Source: a virus (lineage: Duplodnaviria; Caudoviricetes). From it: a stretch of DNA of 58,122 nt. The stretch is from positions 1 through 58,122 of IMG/VR virus record IMGVR_UViG_3300024057_000003; one strand, given 5' to 3'. The notes below the pieces were generated by a model that was given only the letters and a program-made list of their open reading frames with translations, searched no databases and was not told the DNA's origin. Position numbers and translations under genes: made by a program. Below, piece after piece: positions 1-6,266 of this stretch (within the stretch, counting starts at the first letter, position 1; each line of letters opens with the position of its first letter).

Positions 1-68
1 CCCTTCAGGATCCGGACCTTGTACTTCCCGACCGGGTTGAGTTCCTTGATCAGCGCTTCTTCGACCAT
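1..68 (-). CDS. hypothetical protein (5' part; runs off left edge)
   Basis: ATG at 68-66 preceded by GGGAGA; reads MVEEALIKELNPVGKYKVRILK; follows 101..610 on the same strand. Confidence 0.5.
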   Translation of the reverse strand, partial: MVEEALIKELNPVGKYKVRILK

Positions 69-100
69 CGAGTTTCTCCCAGATGTGGTTGATGAAAGGG

Positions 101-610
101 TTACGAGGACACGATCATGAGCATGCCGCTGTTCGACCAGCCCATCCCCAGATAGCGGTGGGCTCTGAGCTTGATGGAATCCTGGGCCTTCCTACAGTCC
201 CCGAGGATCAGGTAGGTTTCCGGGAACTTGGGCTTCGGGTCCCTCCGGCCCGTCACGTTCCGGAGGGTCACGGTGGCCCCTTTCAACGCGTGGTCATCGC
301 ATGCACGATGCAGGAAGCTTGAGGCCTTGTCCCAGTCGTCCTCGAAGTGCCGGTATAGGATGTTGTGAAGTCCGTCGCCATTGGGCGTCTTCACCGCGCC
401 ATTCTTGCCGTCCCACGATACCAGGGCCGTCCAGCATGACAGATCCATGACCTTGGTGTGGAGTTCCTCCGCCGCGGTGAGGTCCTCGCTCTTGTCGAGG
501 GTGAACTCGATTGATCCCGAGTCCACTCCCACTTTGGCCGTCTCCACGATGGGCTTCGGTACGGGTTCCTTCTTGGTTGCGGGCCTCTTTACGGCAGTCT
601 TCTTAACCAA
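101..610 (-). CDS. hypothetical protein
   Basis: 169-aa ORF, TTG start with AGGAGA RBS, Lys-rich N-terminus, in leftward gene string. Confidence 0.7.
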   Translation of the reverse strand: MVKKTAVKRPATKKEPVPKPIVETAKVGVDSGSIEFTLDKSEDLTAAEELHTKVMDLSCWTALVSWDGKNGAVKTPNGDGLHNILYRHFEDDWDKASSFLHRACDDHALKGATVTLRNVTGRRDPKPKFPETYLILGDCRKAQDSIKLRAHRYLGMGWSNSGMLMIVSS

Positions 611-620
611 GTGTCTTCTC

Positions 621-1460
621 CTAAATGAGGGCCAAAAGGGCTTCGTCCTTCTCGATGCACAGCGCGTTGCGGCCGGCGGCGAGCGCAGCCCTTCCTGTTG
701 ATAGAGATCCTGCGAAACAATCGAGGATCAACTCTCCCGGCATGGTGGCGAAGCGAATCAGCTTGTCGAGCAAGCCGATCGGCTTTTGCGTCGGATGGCG
801 CCGGCGGGAAGCGGGGATCAAGGGGCAGGACAGGACGTCGGTGACCGTGAGATCGCAGGGCTGGCGCTTCTCGCCCTTGGAGAGGAACAGGATCCCCTCG
901 TGGCGTGCGCGGCCGCTGTAGCCCATCCCCATGTGGACCTTGTCCCAGATCCACCGTTTGTTGAACACCAACCCGCATGATTGAAGGAGTTCAATCATCG
1001 CGTCGATGTGAGGCTTGGTCGTCGCCGTCTCGGCCGGGACGAAGATGAAGCAATGCGCGCCCTCCTTGAGCACGCGGTAGATCTCCATCCCCAGCTCCCG
1101 GTCGATGTCCTTGCGCTCGAAATCCCACTGCATCCGGGGCCGTGTGGTGCCGTGGCCGATGTGCCCGTCGATCCAAGGGTAGGGGGGATCTGTCACGATG
1201 GCATCCACCGAGCCGAACGGGATCTCCTTCAGAGCGTGCCACGCATCGTCGCATGCCACGACGCATGTCACGTCGCATGACGCGTTGTACGCCACGTAGA
1301 GCCCGCGACCGACGCGCTGGAACTCCTTGCCCAACCGCTCGTAGATCCGGGCGCGGATGCTGTGCTCGTGCTCGTCAGGGAGCGCGGCGTAGAGGTCTTG
1401 AACGTGGACGGGCTTCTCTCGCCCGCGAAAGAAAGTCCGGATCGCATCAATCAGAGTCAT
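621..1460 (-). CDS. site-specific DNA methyltransferase (N6-adenine/N4-cytosine, beta class) with N-terminal winged-helix-like extension
   Basis: Catalytic VTDPPY precedes HPTQKP and SAM-binding ILDCFAGSLSTG (beta-class order); probable start MTLIDAI at 1460. Confidence 0.9.
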   Translation of the reverse strand: MTLIDAIRTFFRGREKPVHVQDLYAALPDEHEHSIRARIYERLGKEFQRVGRGLYVAYNASCDVTCVVACDDAWHALKEIPFGSVDAIVTDPPYPWIDGHIGHGTTRPRMQWDFERKDIDRELGMEIYRVLKEGAHCFIFVPAETATTKPHIDAMIELLQSCGLVFNKRWIWDKVHMGMGYSGRARHEGILFLSKGEKRQPCDLTVTDVLSCPLIPASRRRHPTQKPIGLLDKLIRFATMPGELILDCFAGSLSTGRAALAAGRNALCIEKDEALLALI

Positions 1461-1839
1461 CGCCGGTAATCCTCTTCTCATCCTTGATCTCTTCTTCGTA
1501 GTGCATGTTGGCCCGGCCAAACACGTCGTCGATCCAGTCGAGACCCTCGAAATCCGCGAGGTGCATCATGTCGCACAGAAGGTCGGAGAGCTTCATCTCT
1601 ATGTCCTCGCGGCCCAGTCCCGTACGTTGGGCGAAGGTGTCGACGGCGACCTGCGCGAAGGCGGCGCGATCGCAGTTCATGATGTCCATCGGGATGCGGT
1701 CAGCGATGATCTTTTCGAGCCGTTCGTCGCCGTCGATCTGAACGTACTTTGTGCCGCCGCAGGGGCAGTTGAAGAAGCTCTCGACGCCGCTCCCCGATCT
1801 GGGATGCAACGCGTCTTCTTTCCAGCGATGTTCATGCAT
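1447..1839 (-). CDS. hypothetical phage protein
   Basis: ATG at 1839 with AAGGAGA RBS; C-terminal LSDLLCDMMHLAD..ANMHYEEE motif seen in small phage proteins; overlaps neighbours. Confidence 0.7.
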   Translation of the reverse strand: MHEHRWKEDALHPRSGSGVESFFNCPCGGTKYVQIDGDERLEKIIADRIPMDIMNCDRAAFAQVAVDTFAQRTGLGREDIEMKLSDLLCDMMHLADFEGLDWIDDVFGRANMHYEEEIKDEKRITGDDSD

Positions 1840-2254
1840 CGGTTGTCTCCTTCGCGTAGCCCTTGGCATCCTCCAAGAACTCGTTGATATCGCTGTCGTG
1901 CTCTTCGCCGAGATCAGCTTCCAAGACGTGCCCGAAGATCTCGGTAGCCCGGCCGAGCAACTCGGCGAGGTGCTCCTCCTTCATCGGCATCGTCCGGAGG
2001 ACGACCATCTGCGCGTCCTTCTCGCTGTCCCAGCCCACATGCTTGTTCATCTCCTCCGCGCGTTCTCGGGCCGTTTTCTCGTCGAGGCCGAAGAAGCCCT
2101 CGCCAGAAACGGGCGTATAGCCGCGCGTTCCCTCGTCGGCCCGGCCGATGATCCAGCCTCCTTGTGCAGCGACAGCCGTGAAAGCGAACCGCTGGCGCTG
2201 GGGCTGTTGCTTCCCGCAACCGCCTGACCTCTTCGTGCAGAAATAGGGCCTCAT
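1832..2254 (-). CDS. hypothetical protein
   Basis: ATG at 2254 with GAAGGAGG RBS, overlapping upstream stop. Confidence 0.7.
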   Translation of the reverse strand: MRPYFCTKRSGGCGKQQPQRQRFAFTAVAAQGGWIIGRADEGTRGYTPVSGEGFFGLDEKTARERAEEMNKHVGWDSEKDAQMVVLRTMPMKEEHLAELLGRATEIFGHVLEADLGEEHDSDINEFLEDAKGYAKETTDA

Positions 2255-2967
2255 GCAGCCTCCTTCATTTCGAGATACCTGTTGACCACGACGCCGTCCC
2301 GCGTCTCCTGGAACTCCCAGTTCTCCGTGTAGCCGAGGTACTCCTTGACGAACTCGATGGCGGGCTCCCACGCGGCGATCTCGGCATCGGAGCCGATCTT
2401 GAGGGCCTCGCCGAAGTGGTGCTTGAAGATGAGCAGGCAGGACATGACCGCCAGGTCGTAGCCGACGTTGTGGAACGTCTTGACGAAGTTCGTGATCGTC
2501 GTCGCGCCGGGCCGGATCCGGTGACGGAACTGGGGAGGGGTCATGCAGGCGAATACGAACCACTCCGCGTTGCCCAGCGTGAAGAAGATGCCGTGATCCG
2601 CGACGACAGGCCTTTTCACGCCTTCGATGCCGATGAGGTCAGGAACCCGCTTCCTCAGCTCGGGAAGGAGCTTCGCGAAGTCCTTCTTGGCCGTACGGAA
2701 CAATGCCTTGTCCATATCGACCGGCCGGTTCCAGCTGTGTGAACGCCCCATGATCATGTTCCTTTCCGGTAGTTGGATGAGAGTTCCGTTGTTGAACGGC
2801 GACACGACGGAGTCACCGACCTGATCGAAGTAGCTCGAATCGATTCCGAAGAGGCCGCCGCTCTCCGGATCCTTCCAGATCTCCACTTGGACATCACCGC
2901 CGGAATCGGGATCCCTCACGGTGACTTCCTCAATGTACTTGCCTGTCACCGTTCTCGTGGTGCTCAT
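2251..2967 (-). CDS. hypothetical phage protein
   Basis: ATG at 2967 overlapping upstream stop; C-half MGRSHSW...NFVKT..GYDLAVMSCLL..IGSD resembles a recurrent phage family (MGYTHYW..FCKT..PYD). Confidence 0.7.
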   Translation of the reverse strand: MSTTRTVTGKYIEEVTVRDPDSGGDVQVEIWKDPESGGLFGIDSSYFDQVGDSVVSPFNNGTLIQLPERNMIMGRSHSWNRPVDMDKALFRTAKKDFAKLLPELRKRVPDLIGIEGVKRPVVADHGIFFTLGNAEWFVFACMTPPQFRHRIRPGATTITNFVKTFHNVGYDLAVMSCLLIFKHHFGEALKIGSDAEIAAWEPAIEFVKEYLGYTENWEFQETRDGVVVNRYLEMKEAA

Positions 2968-3275
2968 CCTCGGCCCTCCTTGATGGCGTTCCGCGTCTCC
3001 TCCGTCGCGCCAGCCAAGCACGCGTCGTAGGCCTTCGAGTAGCTGGGCGCAATTGTCGACATCGGAGTCCCAGCCCCGGAGAGGTGCGCGATCTGCTCGG
3101 CGAAGAGGCGGCAGATCGGGTGTTTGTTCCTCCAGTCGGATCCGTGGCCCTCCTCACGGCCTTGGTCGCAGATCCGCTGCATGATCTCGGCGAAGCTGAA
3201 GACCACCCCGGACAGATTGCACGCGCTCTGGGCTTGCAGGGCTTTGTCGTAATCATCGGGCTTGATGTGACCCAT
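2964..3275 (-). CDS. hypothetical protein
   Basis: 103-aa ORF with GGAGGT RBS; ALQAQSACNLSGVV...NKHPICRLFAEQIAHL. Confidence 0.75.
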   Translation of the reverse strand: MGHIKPDDYDKALQAQSACNLSGVVFSFAEIMQRICDQGREEGHGSDWRNKHPICRLFAEQIAHLSGAGTPMSTIAPSYSKAYDACLAGATEETRNAIKEGRG

Positions 3276-3364
3276 CTTGACCTCCAGAAAAAGTAGCCTG
3301 TGGTGGTGGATGTGGTAGACTGATTGGTGCCGGCCAGAAGAAATACTGGCCCCAGAGAGAGGAG

Positions 3365-3403
3365 AGCCTGGAGCGTTCTCGTGGACCTCCAGGCTTCTTT
3401 ATT
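3365..3403. terminator. hairpin, probable intrinsic terminator (U-tract on + strand; directly after stop of 3399..3620 on - strand)
   Basis: AGCCTGGAG...CTCCAGGCT stem followed by TCTTTATT. Confidence 0.5.
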
Positions 3404-3620
3404 TCCTCGCCGGTTTGACTGTCCCGTCGATCACGTACTCGACCCTGATCTTCCTCATCGCCGGGTCGATCTTCTCGTCGAGGATCCGCTGGATCCGCCT
3501 TGCGCGGTCGGGGGTGCAGTAGCCGCCGTTCTGCTTCTCGATTAGGTCGACCATGATCTCCGTGAGTTCCTGCTCATTGAGCCGCAGCGTCGCCTTCGGC
3601 GGTTGCTTCTGACGTGCCAT
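3399..3620 (-). CDS. hypothetical protein
   Basis: 73-aa ORF with AAGGAAGG RBS. Confidence 0.6.
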   Translation of the reverse strand: MARQKQPPKATLRLNEQELTEIMVDLIEKQNGGYCTPDRARRIQRILDEKIDPAMRKIRVEYVIDGTVKPARK

Positions 3621-3891
3621 CGAGCGCCTTCCTTTCGCGCTTCGCCTTCCTGCGCTCCACCAGCCGCTTGTACCTTACCATGTTGTCCACGGCTCTGGAG
3701 GAGTTCCGGATCGCCCGCTTCTGGTTGGTCGTGACCGCCCGGTTGAGCTCCATCCAGGCGATCACGCCTTCGAGGGAATCCAGCCACTTCACGTTGAAGT
3801 CGAGGGCGTGATCATTCGCCTTCTTGACCGTGCGGCGGGCCAGGGACAGGTAGCGCTTGAACTGCTTATCCTTTACGGCGCCGCGCCGCAC
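3574..3891 (-). CDS. hypothetical basic protein
   Basis: 105-aa ORF, GTG start with AAGGGAG RBS, overlaps neighbours. Confidence 0.55.
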   Translation of the reverse strand: MRRGAVKDKQFKRYLSLARRTVKKANDHALDFNVKWLDSLEGVIAWMELNRAVTTNQKRAIRNSSRAVDNMVRYKRLVERRKAKRERKALDGTSEATAEGDAAAQ

Positions 3892-4141
3892 GTGCCGCTC
3901 CCTTCTTCAAGGCGATGTCGCGGGCGAGCTGGAGCCGGGCGGTGAGGACGCCGTCGAAGAGTTCGGTCAGCGCTGCTTCGTCGAGACGAATCTCAAGATG
4001 CGTGGTGTCGGTGATGAGGTTCAAAGCAACGCAACGCGGTTCCGCGTCGTCGTCTATTGCGATCATCACCGCGTCCCGGATCCTCTTCTGTCCTCGGAGA
4101 TCGACCGGGATGTACGCCTTTCCACGTGGTGGTTCTGCCAT
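3866..4141 (-). CDS. hypothetical protein (first gene of leftward unit)
   Basis: 91-aa ORF, ATG with GGAGG RBS. Confidence 0.7.
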   Translation of the reverse strand: MAEPPRGKAYIPVDLRGQKRIRDAVMIAIDDDAEPRCVALNLITDTTHLEIRLDEAALTELFDGVLTARLQLARDIALKKGAARAARRRKG

Positions 4142-4174
4142 CGTTCCTCCGTATAAAAAGGGGGTTCTACCAAC

Positions 4175-4200
4175 CTTGTACCATGAATCTAAGATGACAA
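4175..4200 (-). promoter_or_regulatory. putative phage early promoter TTGTCA-N14-TACAAG (GGTACAAG core)
   Basis: Same architecture as 49853..49877 upstream of the other leftward unit. Confidence 0.45.
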
Positions 4201-4210
4201 ATCTTTGTCA
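4195..4210. promoter_or_regulatory. perfect inverted repeat TGACAAA-TC-TTTGTCA, operator-like
   Basis: Seen directly, between divergent promoters. Confidence 0.45.
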
Positions 4211-4218
4211 AGATAGGC

Positions 4219-4247
4219 TTGACGGGGAGTGCCGGGGGATGTACTAT
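4219..4247 (+). promoter_or_regulatory. sigma70-type promoter TTGACG-N17-TACTAT
   Basis: Near-consensus hexamers with 17-nt spacer, upstream of the structured RNA. Confidence 0.65.
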
Positions 4248-4253
4248 TCTGGT

Positions 4254-4468
4254 GACCAGGCTCTTTGGGAAACAGAACTACGCGCTCCTTGGCTGGCCGA
4301 TGCAATCGGCGCGGCACCGCAGCGTTTCTGCGGACTCCCGACCCCTTGCGCGCAAGGGACTCCGGGTGGCCAGCCATCGAACCTGAAATTCTGTTTCCCC
4401 CTCTCTCCAGGGCCAGGCCGCCTTTGAAGGTTAACCCCTCGAAGCGGTGGCCTGGCTCCTTTTATTTT
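4254..4468 (+). ncRNA. putative structured non-coding RNA (6S-like architecture, unassigned)
   Basis: GGGAAACAGAA (4267-77) pairs with TTCTGTTTCCC (4389-99); 12x12-nt internal bubble; TGGCTGGCC/GGCCAGCCA stem; apical hairpins; bounded by promoter and terminator; no credible ORF. Confidence 0.55.
4412..4468 (+). terminator. Rho-independent terminator
   Basis: GCCAGGCCGCC...GGTGGCCTGGC stem followed by TCCTTTTATTTT. Confidence 0.75.
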
Positions 4469-4519
4469 AAATCCACTTCGGCTTGCATCTGACCAGTCAC
4501 CTTTACCGCCGTCGGGGGC

Positions 4520-4548
4520 TATACAATTTGGACGACGTGGGGTAGACT
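4520..4548 (+). promoter_or_regulatory. putative phage late promoter TATACA-N17-TAGACT (leaderless start at 4555)
   Basis: Motif repeated at 9082, 13518, 18477; ATG lies 7 nt after -10 and has no SD. Confidence 0.6.
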
Positions 4549-4554
4549 GGAATC

Positions 4555-5421
4555 ATGCCCAACATCGAGACTCAGGTTCAGGACTGGTCGACCGAGGCCG
4601 CGGACGCGTTCCTGAACCGGAAAGTCGCGCTGAACGCCTCGATCCAGAAGATCGCCTCCCGAGAAGGGCTCAATCGCGAGAAGGTCGCCCGCGTCGTCGA
4701 GGAGACGAACAAGGCCGTGTGGCTCAAGATGTTCGACAAGCAGGCCGACAAGTGCTTCACCTTCCCGGTCGCGGAGGTGGACAAGATCCTGTCCTCCGCG
4801 CCAGCCGAGCAGATCAAGGTCGCGATGGCGCGGATCCGCAGGCTGGCGCCGTCGACCGAGAAGACGGCGGCGGAGTTGATCCACGACCGCGCGATCAGGG
4901 GCTCTGGATTGCAGCGCGCACAACGGTTCTACGAGAACGCGATCCTGGCCTCCGAGGTCGTGCGGGAGAAGTCGGCCGTCGAGAGCAGGAAGCTCGTGGA
5001 AACCCAGGCGCACTTCTGCAAAGTCGCCCAGCAAATGGTCCTGGGAGAGGGGTATTCGTTCGGCGAGCTGTGTGAGGCCCTTGCCGCCTACCGGCCCGCC
5101 CACTGGAAGAAGGTCGCCGTGCTCATGAAAGTCGCGGCGACCCACATCGGCGTGAAGTTCAAGCTCCCCGAGGGGATGGAGAAGAAGGCCAACGGGATGG
5201 TCGACCCCGGGGAGCACGACATCGTGTCGCAGGTTTCCGCGTCAGGGATGCCCGTCGAGGTGATCAACGGCTCCCACAAGCTCGTGGTCGCTCTGGACAC
5301 GCTGATCGACCAGACGACGGAGGCCGACAAGGCCAACACGAACACCAAGGGCGCGGACGACACGGTGAAGTTCCTCCGCAGGGAGATCCGCAACTACATC
5401 TCCACGCACCGCGCAGTTTAG
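4555..5421 (+). CDS. head-associated protein with multiple K-x-A motifs
   Basis: 288 aa, first gene of structural block; QKIAS, DKQAD, EKTAA, KKVAV, MKVAA. Confidence 0.75.
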   Translation: MPNIETQVQDWSTEAADAFLNRKVALNASIQKIASREGLNREKVARVVEETNKAVWLKMFDKQADKCFTFPVAEVDKILSSAPAEQIKVAMARIRRLAPSTEKTAAELIHDRAIRGSGLQRAQRFYENAILASEVVREKSAVESRKLVETQAHFCKVAQQMVLGEGYSFGELCEALAAYRPAHWKKVAVLMKVAATHIGVKFKLPEGMEKKANGMVDPGEHDIVSQVSASGMPVEVINGSHKLVVALDTLIDQTTEADKANTNTKGADDTVKFLRREIRNYISTHRAV

Positions 5422-5432
5422 AGGAGACGCTC

Positions 5433-6266
5433 GTGAAGACGCTTCTGGACGAACTGGCGGAACGCCGCGCCACCGCTCTGGTCGCCGCCAGCTTCCGTGA
5501 CGATCGCGTCGCCCGCGAGGATCTCGACAAGGTCGCCGCCGGCAAGGGCGGGAAGGCCGTCGGGCTGGTCTCACGGTTCAAGCGGCTGTTCCAGCCGTCG
5601 GCCGAGAAAGTGCTTGTCCAGGAATCGCGCGGCGCACGGGTGGCGGCCCTTGAGCAGCTCCTCGGGAAGGTTCCCCGGGGGCAATCCAAGATGAAGAAGT
5701 GGCTCAAGGGCGGCCCGCAGTACTCCCGTGTCCAAGAGCCCGAGGTTCGGCAACAGGTCGTGCAGACAGCCAAGGGCAGGCAACGAATCGTTCAGCTCCA
5801 AGGCAACAAGGTCCGGCACCTGAAGCGCGAGAACGAAGCGGTCAAGACGCTCAAGGACATCGCCGACATCGAGAAGTCGCTGATCGCCCCCGAAGGCGTC
5901 AGCAAGGTGAAGGCGGTGATGACGGGGGCCGGCGTCATCGGCATCGGCCTCGGGGCCAAGTCGCTCTACGATCAGCTGCTCCTCCGCAGGAATCTGGCCG
6001 CGATCGAGAAGGACCCGATGATCCCCGCTTCGTTGCGCCCGCGCGCCCGCGAGGTCTTCGGCGTCCTCAAGCGCTACGCGCCGTCCCTGGCCAAGGATCC
6101 AACGGTGTCGAGAGACTTCGCCCGGAACTTGGTGCGCCACGACGCGATCGACCACGCCACCGTCAAGGACCTGATCCACGCCGAGAAGGAAGTTCAGGAT
6201 AGCGTGAAGGGCAAGGCCCAGCTCATTACGCAGGGGACCTCCTTCGTCTCGGGAATGGGAGGGTAG
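5433..6266 (+). CDS. putative internal head protein (DKVA site, Gly-rich hydrophobic helix)
   Basis: 277 aa, GTG with GAGGAG RBS; VMTGAGVIGIGLGA segment. Confidence 0.7.
   Translation: MKTLLDELAERRATALVAASFRDDRVAREDLDKVAAGKGGKAVGLVSRFKRLFQPSAEKVLVQESRGARVAALEQLLGKVPRGQSKMKKWLKGGPQYSRVQEPEVRQQVVQTAKGRQRIVQLQGNKVRHLKRENEAVKTLKDIADIEKSLIAPEGVSKVKAVMTGAGVIGIGLGAKSLYDQLLLRRNLAAIEKDPMIPASLRPRAREVFGVLKRYAPSLAKDPTVSRDFARNLVRHDAIDHATVKDLIHAEKEVQDSVKGKAQLITQGTSFVSGMGG

Noticed and set aside
4290-4376. tRNA-like cloverleaf ending in CCA
   Set aside because: No TTC T-loop, D-loop or 7-nt anticodon loop, and the CCA is paired within the stem
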